A stretch of 63,930 nucleotides of DNA, filler included, from Collodictyon triciliatum (lineage: Eukaryota), in the NCBI GenBank assembly GCA_043381765.1. It is 5 parts of 5 records of this genome, joined end to end, with 100 filler letters (N's around TTAATTAATTAA, not from the genome) between each part and the next. Parts side by side here need not be neighbours in the genome. Positions count along the whole stretch, not along the records: positions 1 to 9,197 come from JBHJMP010000330.1; positions 9,298 to 25,594 come from JBHJMP010000331.1; 3 more parts are not named here. One strand, 5' to 3'. Of this stretch, positions 1-14,100 are shown piece by piece. Under the pieces are notes generated by a model. That model saw only the letters and a program-made list of their open reading frames with translations, was not told the origin of the DNA and ran no database searches. Both the position numbers and the translations under genes were made by a program. Position 1 is the first letter of the stretch; every line of letters starts with the position of its first letter.

Positions 1-52
<52 letters not shown>

Positions 53-231
53 AAAAAAAACAAAAAAAAACAAAAAACAAAAAACAAAACAACCATAAAA
101 CAACCATAAAACAACCATAAAACAACCATAAAACAAAAAATAGAAAAGAGTGAAAATTTTCATTCCTTCGATTCAAATATTTTCACACCTAGCTTTTGTA
201 TGTTCTCATTTTTAAAAGTATATTTTACCAG

Positions 232-2552
232 AACGGATCAATGAATGGAAGATGTATTATACTCTATAATCAAGAGCGGATCTTTATTCTTTTTTACTTA
301 CATTTTTTCCTCTCATACCGAATAGCTATCTTTGCAACACGCAAATGTTATGCTCAACAGGTAGTAACTTTATATTTTCACTCAATTAAAAATGAATACA
401 AAATTAACTCCATAAAACCAACATTAAGAAACATACATTAAAAAAAAACACGATAAAAAAAACATAGTTTAAAATCATATATACAAATAATTATTGACGA
501 ATCACTTGGTTGTATTAGAACATCAAGCTTTTCAGACGCTTGCAAAGCATTCCTAGGTGATGCTACAAAGCTCCAAGAAAAAGTATCTCAGGCATTGATT
601 AGACGGAGCAGAAATATCGAACAGGTAGCATGCATATTATGTGCATTAAGCTATACCAATTTTTTTTGAAAAAGCATACATATTTTACATAGAGCCAAAA
701 TAATACAATATAAATGCAATATGATGTGGCTGATGCATTCTCATTTTGTTTGGTGTTTGCTCATCACATTCAGAAACGACTTTTGGAAATCCAAGAAGCC
801 CGCGTGCTGAAATTGCGACAAGAATATGCCAAAATGAATGAAATCGTATCGGAAGGTTGTCTCTTTCTCTTTAAATACCATACTGTATTGAATTGTCGTC
901 AAGAATAAAAGAGAAGAAAAAAAAAGGCATGCATTATATTGATGTCGTTCTAATATTCTCAAATTGTTTCTCCATGGGGTTTCATTCGATAGCTCGTAAC
1001 CAGAACGCTGAAGCAAAAGATAACATCCACACCTGCACAAAGAAGCTATATGAATCCAGTTGCCAGTTGATGACAAAGAAGCACTTACTCAAACAGGAAA
1101 GGGAAACTCTTATTGAAGAGAGGTATGAAATGATTCAATTTCACTCGACTACAAAGAATTTCGTTTGTCAAATAAAAGATTTTACGATTTCTTGAGAAAT
1201 TCGACATGCTCTTGCGCTTTGTCTACATAAGAAAAAGTTTGAATTCCGCGGATAGCCCTTAAAGATAATAATACATAATAAATACATAATAAATACATAA
1301 TAAATACATAATAAATACATAATAAATACATAATAAATACATAATAAATACATAATAAATACATAACAAATACATAACAAATACATAACAAATACATAAC
1401 AAATACATAACAAATACATAACAAATACATAACAAATACTACATAGTAGCAATTATTTCATTTCCCATATCAACTAGATAGATAACAAACTCTTTGACAT
1501 ACAGAATTCACTTGGACAGAATCAAATTCAGTCTCTCTAAAAGAAGGACATACCTCATCTCTCAACTACGGTCGATTCTCCCAATAACAAAATCGTCAGA
1601 TGGAAAGACTTATAAAATCCTTAATTTACGCATTCCAAATGGAGAATTCTCAGGTGAATCTTATTTGGTATATGCCAGAATTGTTACTATTGTCCTATGA
1701 TATATTTCAGTATATATCTTCAGAAGATTATTTGTGTGTATCCGTTGAGTTGCTTTTAAAAAAAAGATTATTTTTTTTTTTGGAAAGTCCTCTGTCTCAA
1801 ACACACATCTAGCAGGACAACTTTTCTGTCTTTGCCCAAATCCATACTCTCGAATCATCTTTTCTACAGCTGAACAAATAAAAATAAATATATTATATGG
1901 AAAGGTTTGGATGAAGAAATTGAGGCTGCAGCTTTGGGCTATGCATGCCTTCTAGCCAACACTCTTTCCAAATATTTCGAGGTCAGCGCACACATCAAAA
2001 ATGATTTCTCTCTCATTATACATCGAGACATATTTCGTACCTTAGAGTATCCTTTTCTATATTTCCATCAACCGAAAGAAAAAAATGCAAATATCGAAGC
2101 AAATCCTGCTTAGAGACTACATATACAAATAATGCACGCATGTAGATTCCGTTGCGGTATCCCATGAAGTTTATGGGGTCAAGGTCTTTGATATATGACG
2201 TCATTTCGAATCAGGCATCATCCGAGTAATATTCATTTATGTGATATCTTCCGCTAAAATGGCTCATTTACTAATACTAATGATAATACTAATGATAATA
2301 CTAATGATAATACTAATGATAATACTAATGATAATACTAATGATAATACTAATGATAATACTAATGATAATACTAATGATAATACTAATGATAATACTAA
2401 TGATAATACTAATGATAATACTAATGATAATAATAATGATAATAATAATGATNNNNNNNNNNNNNNNNNNNNNNNNNNNNNNNNNNNNNNNNNNNNNNNN
2501 NNNNNNNNNNNNNNNNNNNNNNNNNNNNNNNNNNNNNNNNNNNNNNNNNNNN

Positions 2553-2646
<94 letters not shown>

Positions 2647-3104
2647 TGAAAATTACTCCAAAGTTGTAAACAGGAATAATAAGTCCCTTTCATTACACAC
2701 CATTTTATCTGCAATGATGTCCACTTCCATAAATAATCGTTAAAATATCAACCACATTTCATTTGGGCAATATTGCACATATTAGATTCCAACTTTATCT
2801 TAAAGGAGCAGATCTTCAACGCTACGAGTACGCAATATATCTTCTCTCTCGTAACATCGAACAGGTATCCCAAGCAAAATCAAATTGATGACAAAGTATG
2901 CGCCATTGCTTTCCCAGAGTCCATAAGGCCTATTTTTCTTTTCTCGCCTCGTTTTCTCCATCCCACCCCTTTTGTCTTCTGTTTTTCGATTAAAGCATTC
3001 CTCTATTATAGTTGATGAACTCACAAAGCTACAATGTATCAAAGCTGCGATACATATTGCCCAACATCCAAACTCTCCTGGCCAGCGACAACGTTGGCGG
3101 GTGA
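232..3104 (+). CDS. UVRAG: UVRAG/VPS38-like PI3K complex II subunit (coiled coil + Atg14/VPS38-family domain), multi-exon, 5' partial
   Basis: Exons at about 519-624, 774-856, 993-1122, 1505-1652, 1905-1981, 2146-2225, 2806-2865 and 3012-3104 with GT-AG borders give a coiled coil followed by RRTYLISQLRSILPI...EEIEAAALGYACLLANTLSKYFE-IPLRYPMKFMGSRSLIYD...RYEYAIYLLSRNIEQ-LM...ILPNI, typical of UVRAG/VPS38. One short exon probably lies in the 2453-2552 gap. The 232 exon is tentative. Confidence 0.8.
1268..1438. repeat. Intronic 11-bp tandem repeat, (AATACATAATA)n switching to (AATACATAACA)n
   Basis: About 15 copies visible; the unit variant changes midway. Confidence 0.95.
2272..2648. repeat. 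Intronic 12-bp repeat (CTAATGATAATA)n, N gap, then (TAA)n
   Basis: Directly visible. Confidence 0.95.
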
Positions 3105-4088
3105 CTCTCCCACCTACATCAACAAACCAATCAAATCTCCCCACAAAATCCCTTTTCAATCATTCTTTACATACACAAGCACACACATATCTATACACCA
3201 TCGCTGATAGATAAAGAGGGCAAATCCACACGCCTGTGTGTGCTACTCATATTTACCTGCACACGGCTTGAGATACGGAGCCATTGCAAAAAACAGAAGA
3301 AAATACACAAAACTACCGCCCGAGAGATACACTGACCACTGCGACTGGGAAACACACAGGTCCGACTTTGACCGCCTGATTCACCGATGGCCCGGAGTCA
3401 TGGGGACGCCACCGAGCCAAACAACGCCTTCACCTGTAGGAATTGCGTCCACAGTGTCTCCTCGTCAGGCTTCGTCGCAATCGAGTGGACGCGGCACCGC
3501 AGGGATTGCAAACAAGACCGGCGTAAGTCCTCTCCAAAGCGCCTCCGTCGCCTCTGCAGCATTTTCCTAGCAACAGAACAAGAAAGAGGGAATGCAAGAA
3601 AATGGAAGTGGACATGAACCACACATCGGACACACAGATACAAGCGATCCAAATGCAACAAAGCAAACGAAGGCGTCTGCAACTCTTTACTATTGCGCGC
3701 AATGTTATAAAAAGAAGAAGAAATAAAGGCACCACACACAAATCACTACGCCGTCACCCGTGTCTTTACCAATAATGTTTTAAACTGTACTTAGAGGCAA
3801 AGTGACAGCAGCAGGTATACACAAAGCAAAAGGAAAAAAAAAGACTCCTTTTTCTTTTAATTTATTTATTGTATTTCTTTCTTATCATTTGTTCAAGTGT
3901 ACTTTATTTTTCACGCTCATTTTCATATCATTTTTTTCTCTCTCTCTCTCTCTCTCTCCCTATTTCACTCCCACTCTTTACATCTTTGCTTGCTTGAGAT
4001 TTCTTTTATTTCTCTTGGCGGAGAAGAAGCCTACCAGACTTGCGTCTGAAGCTTAAATGCCCTTCTCTTTTCTTCTTTTTTTTTTTTT

Positions 4089-7000
4089 TCACTTTGATGA
4101 GCCTGTTTTGCTCTTTTGATGGGTCATCGCCGGATGAGTTCCTCTGGAGTCCACAAAGCAGCGAAGCTGAATCCCAGACGTGGTCTTTGAATACTTTTTG
4201 GTGTCCACCTCTTCCACTTCACACACTTTGCAACTCTCTGCAATAGTTGACATATTTGGTTCAAAGTCAACGTAGCAGATAACATCATATCCTTTCACAG
4301 AGACAAAAGGGAAGATTTTCTCGCGGTTCCAGTCCACGCTCTTTGTCGGCATCTCCACGAAAAAGTGAGGCTCATCAGGCGACCTAACAGTGAACTTGAC
4401 GTTGTCAAACCTTGCAGAAACTTGGACAAATATCTCAAAGTTACTTTTTAGTAATATATCTGGTCGTTCTTCGCTCACTGGGCGCCAAACTTGAATCGCA
4501 CTAAATAAGAACAATATATATTTTTTTAATTGTTTGTTGCATGGAGCGAGAAGGCAGATTGTCATTAATAAAGTAGAAAAACTATCATAGAATGTACACT
4601 TGAATACACCCATGTTTTAAAACAGATACAGTCACATATTATGTGTGAAGCAATCAATAGGGAAAAAGTTGTTGAAATAGATTCTGTACATGTAAGCGAT
4701 ACGATTTCTTACCTATTAATTTTCTGGCACATAACCACGCCACTTTTTGCAATGCTTGCACAAAACAGACGACGAATGTCCGTAACATAATCCAAATCAA
4801 CGCCTGGATTCTCTGGCAGCTCGCTTGTAAAGCCAAGGGCAATATCGGAATCTAGAGAAACTTTGTGTACTTTGACTGAAAAACAGCAGCCGTCGTGCTT
4901 GTCCACATCAATCCATCTGCCGTATGCATCGCCAAACGAGCGAAAGCATTTCCCAATTGAATATGACCACGTCTTCAGCATTTCATCCTTCTTGGATGAA
5001 CCGTGCTTGTTATCCGGAGGTGCAATATGTATCGGGATAGGGACCTGTCCTACGGCAAGTGAATGCTTGTCGGGGTCGTGGAATCCACAGTATTTTCCAT
5101 CAAAGGATATTTTCGGGGTGTTGGGCCCCAGTTCTTGTCCATACGGCTTCATCTTGTTTGATAATATATTAGGTAGCGTCCGCTGAAAGCCTAGCTTTGT
5201 GGGTCGATCGCCAAGGTTCAGATAAACAACCCCGCCTCGTGATAGGACATGAACATACGGTTTGATTTCATTCTCTGGAGATATGCCTTCAATACCATAG
5301 TATATGACTCCGTTGAAGGAGTAAAATAATGTATAGTTTTGTCCCTGGCGAATGAGGCCAACTCCATGTACTTCGGTAGTACCGTGGCTCGTGTAATTAC
5401 CTATCTTTTCATTAGGTAATTTTTTTCGTTCATTAAGGTGTGAGGGATAATTTATCTTATTTTCTACTTTGATCGTACTAAATCCCATTTCAAAGCACGT
5501 GTTTGATAGGTTTTCTACTTCGAAATAGAAAAATCCGTCACTCTCCAATATTGTTTTGATATCTCCGTAATACTCAGGCTTTGTTTCGAGCATATTCTGA
5601 GTAAGAATGTCTTTGTTTTTACCGCCATAAATCTTTTTCACTTTCGATGGGTTGGATGATATAATAAAATAATGTCTCTGATTAGATTATATACCTTATA
5701 TAATAAATAAATGCACTTAGAAATATAAGATGGTTATAAGGCATCTATATATATATGAATCGATAATTGAATAACATATATAGGAGGGTTGATACCTTTC
5801 GAGACCTAAAAATAAAAAAAAATACTAAAATCAGATTTACTTAAGTTATTCAGAGGGTCTTGATACGAAACAAATAATACAATATTTCTTTGGATGAAAC
5901 CAAATTTACGGGTGAATACCATTCTATCTATTTTGATGTAATACACAGCCAAAAAGCACATGTACCACAGCGGTGCAAAAAGTAGAGTAGAGAGGGTCAT
6001 TCCATATCGATGCATATTTGCATAAAACTCATACAGCCTTAGCCAGAACGAGTTATGTTCGTCTTTAACCTATAAGGAGAATATGAGTGCTAAAGTGGGA
6101 TTAAAATTAACCGAACATAATTAAATAACACAGATACCTCATATATACCACTACTGAGCTCAGAAAAAGACCTATCATTTAATTTTCAATTTAATTGCCA
6201 TGATATAATAGATTGAATAACTCAAATCAGAATGACCTCGCATATGACATTTCAAATATATGATCTCATCTATATAGCAATGTGCAAAATTCATATATGT
6301 ATCTGACCCTTCTGCATCTTTGAATATAAATTGAATAACTTGGACGATAACTATATAATATAATTAAAGAAAATAAGCCACTTATTAAAGAAAAGTTTAG
6401 TTCTGCGTAATCACATATATGCATAGCAATCCAATTTATTGTGCGTAGACAAAAGTAAGAAAAAATACCGACAATTTTAACTAGGATGTAAAAATTTAAT
6501 TGTAAGTAAATACATTTACAATTTTCAACTCACTTGATAATACTCTTTTTAAAAAGCTCAAAATCATGACAAGGATTAGGACAAGAACGGCCAAAATAAC
6601 GCCAAATATTATACCAACCAACGAAGTGATGAGGTCGACCCAAGAAGTGTATATTCTGACCCCATACAAGTCTGTTCTATTGAAGAAATGGTCATATGGT
6701 ATCAACTTGTTTTTGAAAAAAGACCAAGGGTCCATAGAGTTATCGTATTCCAAGTTTGTCCAGCACTCTCTCCTCTCAAATGTGCCCCATCTCAAAGGTT
6801 TCTGAAGGTATTTTCTGTAAAAACGAATGTAACAGGCTTTCAGAAATCGGTAAATAGGACGGAGGCAAAGCAGCAAGTTAATGGGTGCATGAAGTGCATC
6901 TTCCTGCATTTCCAATACAAGCTCGCAGAAAATAAGTTGGTATTCCTTCTTTGAGTCCTCGAATATTTCTTCGTATCTTTTGGTCAGGACAGCAATCAAA

Positions 7001-9068
7001 AGATTCAAAATTAATATATTGAGCATCGCGAGGTACATAAAATAAAAGAATGGACCAGCAGAGTCACTATTTTCATATATTGGATTGAGATCCAGCTCTC
7101 CAAACAAAAAAGTTGCAAAACTAAACACAACATCCTTTCCTGTCGAGAACTCAACTACATCTCGCCCAACGAGCACAAATATCGCAGAACCGAATCCGGC
7201 GACGAATATAGTCATCAACACCAAGAATACCACCATTTCTCCGAGGACATGAAACATCACGGTCAACATGATGCCAAACTTTTCGATGACCTGCAAGAAG
7301 TACAAAGTTCTTATCCATGAGAAGAAAATGAGAACGCTCAGAAAGTGTTGCTTTATGTAATCGTAGCGAACAATTTTGTGATAAGATGCCGAGTTCACAT
7401 CAGATACAACATCACCTCTAAAGTACTCGGAGGCGACATAATCTATGTAAATATGCATTCCTATCGTCAAAAAGAGTGTCAAGATGATAATCCAATCGAT
7501 AAGGTTCCACAAAGAGCTGACATAGACGCTGTCTTCCTCAGAGGCTTGGTCTAATTCATGCACAAAGAAACCGAAAGCATAAACCAAAAGAGCTATTTCG
7601 ATGATAAAAAACCAATTGTCTGTATTTCCGTAAATAGTTCTGTTGATGGTGAAAACTTTTGTGGTGACTACATGAGAGCCAGATGCGGGATATTCTATCA
7701 ACTGAATTAGATACGCCATCAAATTGGCATTGTCTCCAGAAATCAAGGCTTGTAAGAAAATGACTCGGGATTGTGAATCCACCCATCCATTTTCTTCGAG
7801 ATATTGGACTCGCTTGATTGCCTCTGTCTTGTTCGAATAGATATCCTGAACGAACCCGCCACCGTAATATTGAATGCGAAGATTGCCTGTTATTCCAAAG
7901 TCATTTGTTTCATGTTCACTCTTCCACTTAAATATTTCCTTGGATCCATAGTCATCATAATCAAGGTTTGCGTCATTATATGAAAGAGAGCATTTCTTCG
8001 GGACATTGGCCTGTTGTTCGTTAAAAAAGGGAGGACTATGGTCCCCACACTTTGTTAGCTTTGTTCGATGTTGTCTCAGCCGGATAGGAGATGCTAGACG
8101 ATAGTATGATAAAATTTCACCCTCACTCCGAGCTTGAGAAAGGTTTCCTTGCGCAAACCATCCTTCATATGCAAGAGGAATGAACGTGTTTTCCACATAG
8201 TTGAAGAAGCCAGCAGATACTCCACTTACATCCTTTGTGAAAGTGTCTTTTAAAGTTTTTGCAAAGTAAACTGAAGAATTATAATCCACGATATTTTGAT
8301 TTATTGTGTAATAGACTAATATAGTCAGGTAAATTGCAAATAAGAAAAAGTATCCGACAAAGTTGCCTCGAGGGGTTTGAGCATTTGGTATCAATCCTCT
8401 AAAAAATGTGACTACAAGGAATAGTTGTCGGTCAAAAACTTTAAAATTAAAAGGCCGCTTCTTCCTGTATTTGTCACTTTTCTGATTTGAATCATCTGAT
8501 GGGTCATCTTGGCCACCTTCTATAAGATCAATACGGTTTTTTTCAGGCGGATCCTGCTCCGAAATATGTTCTGAGGTCTCTTTGTTTGACTGCCCTTTCC
8601 TTTTGACATTTGCCATGCGTTTTTCATGACGAGTATTGACCAATCTCGTGCCAGGGCCCAAGTAAACTTTGTTTCGCTGTATTGTTTCTGAAGTCGAATT
8701 GAGCCATATACTTTCCACTTTTTTGGAAACAATAGGTTGGGACAAAAAGTATTTAGCCTTCGCTACCCTGCCCAAGGTAATATACTTTCCAGGAACCTCA
8801 TAGCTGCCGCGGTGTGTCTCTGAAACTTCAGCCTCCTTTCCTATTAATATCATCGCGTAGTAGTCATACATGATTGGCAAGCAAGGGTCTTTAGTGCCAT
8901 CCTTGCGTAATTTAGCTAGGAATGCCAAAAGTCTTTCTATGGGGTCACCTTGATGATTTTCATTAGTCACCATATTAATCAGGGTTGAACCCAGCTGCCC
9001 GCATAATGTATTGTCCTCTAGTTTGAATTTCTTCAAACATTTTAACGAAAATATTTCAGGTGGCAGAG
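4089..9068 (-). CDS. Polycystin-2/PKD2-like (TRPP) cation channel with N-terminal LRR remnant, extra hydrophobic segments and C-terminal SPRY-like domains; 5' partial
   Basis: Exons 9068-6520, 6069-5920, 5677-4713 and 4500-4089 join in frame with GT-AG sites (about 1358 aa). Polycystin TOP domain motifs (PIRLRQHR..C, YYGGGFVQDI, LEENGWVDSQSRVIF), six-TM core and pore (FLFGELD..GPFFYFMY..LILNLLIAVL). SPRY-like motifs FFYFEVE..FEMGFST..GVGL..LFYSFNG..KPYV..VYLNLGDRP. The exon starts with LPPEIFSLKCLKKFKLEDNTL. The channel call is firm; the join to the SPRY exons is inferred. Confidence 0.75.
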
Positions 9069-9069
9069 C

Positions 9070-9113
<44 letters not shown>

Positions 9114-9197
9114 AAAAGAAAAGAAAAAAAAAAGAAAAAGAAAGGAAAAAGAAATGAAAAAGAAATGAAAAAGAAAGGAAAAAGAAATGAAAAAGAA

Positions 9198-9297
9198 NNN
9201 NNNNNNNNNNNNNNNNNNNNNNNNNNNNNNNNNNNNNNNNNTTAATTAATTAANNNNNNNNNNNNNNNNNNNNNNNNNNNNNNNNNNNNNNNNNNNN
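9198..9297. other. Artificial contig spacer (44 N + TTAATTAATTAA + 44 N)
   Basis: Six-frame stop linker at 9242-9253; the same structure recurs four times in the window. Confidence 0.95.
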
Positions 9298-9340
<43 letters not shown>

Positions 9341-11149
9341 AAAAAAAACAAAAAAAAACAAAAAAACAAAAAAAACAAAAAAAAACAAAAAAAACAAAAA
9401 AGAGCAAAAAAACAAAAAACAAAAAACAAAAAAACAAAAAAACAAAAAAATAAAAAAAAACAAAAAAATAAAAAAAAACAAAAAAAACAAAAAAAGAAAG
9501 CAACTTCATATAGCATTCGTGAACTAGTCATCATTGAATACTTTTTTGTTCTAAACTCCAACAGTAATATTTTATGAAATGGAATTGGTAGGATAATCTG
9601 TAACTGATTTCTTTATTTGATTGTGGCCATAAGATTAGTTTTTTCTCTTCACGTTGTCTTTTAAATAATCCAAAGTTCCTCTGAATACTTTTAATGATAA
9701 TAAATATTGGTGAAAATCCTTACTTTTTCATCTCTAAAGTCCTGAAAATTGTGAAATATTAGACTGTCATTCACAAGAGATTTGTTTGAAGGAATTAACA
9801 AAGAAATTTAAACATGATTGCCTCACTTATGATTCGTATCTGTTTAGAAGACTATATCAATCTATTCCTAGCTCGGCAGGTTCTTTTAATATATATCAAA
9901 ATAATATTAACATCTATGTACTCTGAATGATCGAAAATTATAGTACTGTATATATCAGAATTAGAGCCTGAGTGTTTATTTTCCTTGCTATTATTTTAAA
10001 TAAAACTATAATTTTAGATTATAAATTAGATTAATAATCTCATTGTGTAATTTTTTTCAAAATATCTGATACCACTTTTGAATAGATTGATTAATATGAA
10101 ACATTATAGAATATAAGAGTGCATATTTAAATGGAAGCTACAAATTCATATGATTATATTTTATTATATAAAAAAATTAAAAATGAGTATGAAATATCAT
10201 TTGAAGAATATCGAATAACTAAGACATAGAAACGAATGATTATTTTAAGTTTTAAGACCTCATTAAAAAAACGTTTTTCATGAGTTTTCTCGTATTTAAA
10301 TGTTCTAATTTTATGTCACAAGATTGCATCAAAAAGCTTTATCGATATGTATTATTTTCACGTATAAATTAAAATATATTTAGTTTCGAACTTACCTCAT
10401 ATTTTCTGTATTATATATTTCGTTAGTCAATATTTTTTTCGTTAGTCAATATTATAAATCCTTTTCAATCACTGACATTGACATAACTGAAGGAAAATCA
10501 AACAATAAATTAGTGGAATTATGTAACATTTAAATGACATTTTACTACATATTTTATAGACACTTTTCAACATAAATGAATGTTTAGTTTATAAAAAGAC
10601 CCTAAATAAATTTAGGCATATGAATTGTTATAGATTCAAAAAATTAATATTTATGAAAGTGTGTTTCAAAATCACAGCAGCGGCTCAATATATTTATTAT
10701 ATGAATAACAATAATAATGATATGTCAATATATTTTCATTTGCAACGCTATTCTATTTTTTACTCTTCCTTTCAATTTTGTGCAGGATGATGCAACCCTA
10801 TTCTATAAATACCATTTTATTACTTATTTAAAAGTATGAGCATAAAATATTCAATTTTCAACCATATCTTGTTGATAAAGATTAATAAGACCAAAAATAC
10901 AAATATGTTCATTATATTTCGTATAATATTTGTTATCGTAAAAAGAAAATGGTTAATTGTTTTAAAAAATCAATACAAAAAATAACGGAAAATTATGATA
11001 TCCCATAAATTTGATGTAATTTATGTGATTATGTGTAACATGTGGGATTTTATTATGTTTTGAATACCTGAAACTAAAATATGTTTTGAATCATATCAAA
11101 ATTTATTTCCGATTTTATGCTACAGCTAATCACCTCTTTAAGCGCCATC

Positions 11150-14100
11150 ATGCCAATCGACTCAAAACCAGCTGTAGTGCTTCTTTTTCTTTGCGGTAAA
11201 TATTCTAACAAATTATTTTTTTCTTGACAGATTTACTGTTTAAAAATACGGGTATGTTCTTTTAATTTCTTTTTCCTTCAATTACTGAATACCTATTAAA
11301 AATATAGGACTTACAATACTCAACAGCATTAGCTTGGCGAAAGGAGATGATTTTTTGATCAAAAATATGATTGACAAAGATTATTCAAACAGTTTTAATA
11401 GCGTTTGTGTTACTTTGGATGGATCTAAAGTTGTCTCAGGAAATGGTGATGGTAGTATTATTGTAATGAACCTTTCTAACGGTGCTGTGATTGAAAAAAT
11501 CTCAGGACATGACGGGTTTATCAATAGTGTTGCTGTTACTTTAGATGGATCGAAAATTATATCTTGTGGTTTAGATGGAACTATAAAAATCTGGAATTTT
11601 CTGGATGGGTCTCTTGTCCATAAACTAAACGATTTTTCAACTATCGGTATTTCTATCACACCGAATAATTCCATGATTATATCTTGGGGCGGCAATCAAA
11701 TCAAGTGTTGGGATATTACAGAAGGAAATCTTGTTCTTGAATTTACCGACTATAATGATACCGTTTTATGTGCCACAGTTACTCCTGATGGGTCGAACAT
11801 TATTTCTGCTGGGTTTGGCTACAACAGCGCCATCAATATATGGGAAATTGAGACGGGAATAAAGATAAAATCATGGAATTCCTATTCAGATACCATTAAC
11901 TGTATTACAATTACCCCAGATGGCCAGAAAGTGATCTCCGGTGACGATATAGGCTTGATTAAAATTTGGGATTTTATCGAAGGAGTTCTGATAAAAGAGG
12001 TTTACTCCAGCAATGGTGCTGTTATCTGCATTGCTATCACTCTTGATGGTAAAAAGATTATATCTGGAAGCTATTATAGTACAATAGATATTACAAATAT
12101 ATCCAATGGAACTGTAATAAATACACTAAAGGGACACTCTAGCTTCGTTAACAGTGTTGCTGTAACACCTGATAGTTCTGAATTAGTCTCAGGAAGCAAC
12201 GACGCTTCTATTAAAGTATGGGATATTCAAACAGGGACCATTATAAGAACATTTGGCTATGAAAACTGTCATGCTTATGCGATGGCTATCTCTCTTGATA
12301 GTCTACTAGTTATATCTGGGAGTAGTGATAATAAAATAAGAATATGGGACACATTCTTTCAATCTATTGAAAAATCATATTTTGGCCATACAGGCCCTAT
12401 AAGGAGCATTTCTATTACCTCAGATAAAATGTATGTAGTATCGGGAGGTGATGACCACATAATTAATGTTTGGAGACTTTCCGATTACATTTTGATTCGT
12501 ACACTTTTAGGTCATAAAAAAGCTGTGATAAGTGTCTCAGTGACCCCAGATAATTCAAAAATTATTTCAGGGAGTGATGACAATACGATAAAGGTCTGGA
12601 GTCTTTCTTCTGGGACCTTGACACGCACATTATCAGGCCATAAAAGTTCTGTTAGAAGTGTGGCCACTTCATTTGATGGTTTGCATATTGTGTCCGGGAG
12701 CAACGACCACACAATAAAAATATGGCGCATCTCTGATGGTAAAATAATACGCTCCGTGGTCGGCCATACAGACGCTGTAATAGTTGTCAAAACAACACCA
12801 GATAATTCAAAAATCGTTTCTGGAAGTGCAGATAATACAATTAAAGTATGGAGCCTTTTTCATGGCAGTTTGATAAGGACACTACGTGGGCATGTAAAAT
12901 TAGTTAACTCAATTGTGATTACTCCCGATGTTTCTGGAATCATATCGGCCAGTGACGATGGCACAATCAAATTATGGAGTTTTTCCGACGAAGAATACTC
13001 CAAAACAATACATAGCACTTCAGGACCAGTTATGAGTCTTGCCATCGCTCATGATGGATTAAAAGTGTATTCTGATGGTGCTGACGCAAAAATACAAGTA
13101 TGGAATCCATGTATTGGCGGTTTGTATAACTCTTTTTACAAATCATGTACTCCATGCCCAAAAGGCACCTATAGCTCTGGATTCAGTAGGAACTGCACCT
13201 TATGTCCTTCTGGAACCTACAATCCTGCATCTGGTCAGTCGTCCTGCCTGGAATGCGGCTCTGGTTCAACAAATGATATGAAAGGTTCTACAAGTATAAA
13301 TGGTTGCAAGTGCCTTCGAACCACATATTTGGATGTGCTGTCAAAGTCTTGTAGGGATTGTCCAAAAGGATTCATCTGTGACGGAAGCAGTCAAATTTCT
13401 ACTGCTCCTGGATTTTGGAGGGTCCCAACTCTAGGAAATGAGTATATCTCACAAGAATGTCTCAATAAAGTTGCTTGTCCAGGAATGAATGAAACCTGTG
13501 GGAGTGGATACACGGGACCATTGTGTGGTGCATGTGAGGAAGGATTTGGAAAAACAGGTGTTTTTTGTTCCAAGTGTCCAAAAGAAGCCTTCAACATAAT
13601 CTTGTTGATACTAGGTACATTACTTCCTCTATCCTTTGCCTTTTTCATGATAGAACAATCAAGGCAACCCAAAACTGGGAATATTCAAATACTTAAAACA
13701 CTTTCGACCCACTACCAAGTTCTATCATATTTGGCCAACTTTGATGTAAATTGGGGGTCCACAATAACTTCGATTATGAAAATTCCCGCTTTATTTTCGT
13801 TCTCCTTAACGGTGGACAGTTATCCGGTAGACTGTCAATTCCTTTTAAGTGTTTACGAAAAGGCTCTCTACACGATGATTAGTCCGCTCATACTTCTAGC
13901 GGTCGTCCTTCTTATCATTTTATTTAAAAAATCTTGGATGCTATATAAAAAAGATATTGCCCCGGAGAATATAAAATTTGATCAAATCAAGCAAGAAATC
14001 ACATATTCCATGTTGGTGTTGCTATTTTTCGTGCACCTATCGATTACTTCAACGATATCACCCATATTTCCCTGTGAAAGAATTGGAAATGAGAGTTTTT

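Noticed and set aside
3238-3741. GC-richer patch with several overlapping 76-113 aa ORFs and an acceptor-like site on the minus strand
   Set aside because: No recognisable protein, and no frame stands out; it may be UTR or relic sequence.
9242-9253. Palindromic TTAATTAATTAA recurring four times as a possible recombination or target site
   Set aside because: Always centred in 44+44 N; it is a synthetic stop-codon spacer.
9500-11100. Short exon-like segments and small hairpins or direct repeats in the AT-rich stretch
   Set aside because: They could not be assembled into a credible gene or element, and they do not continue the polycystin LRR.
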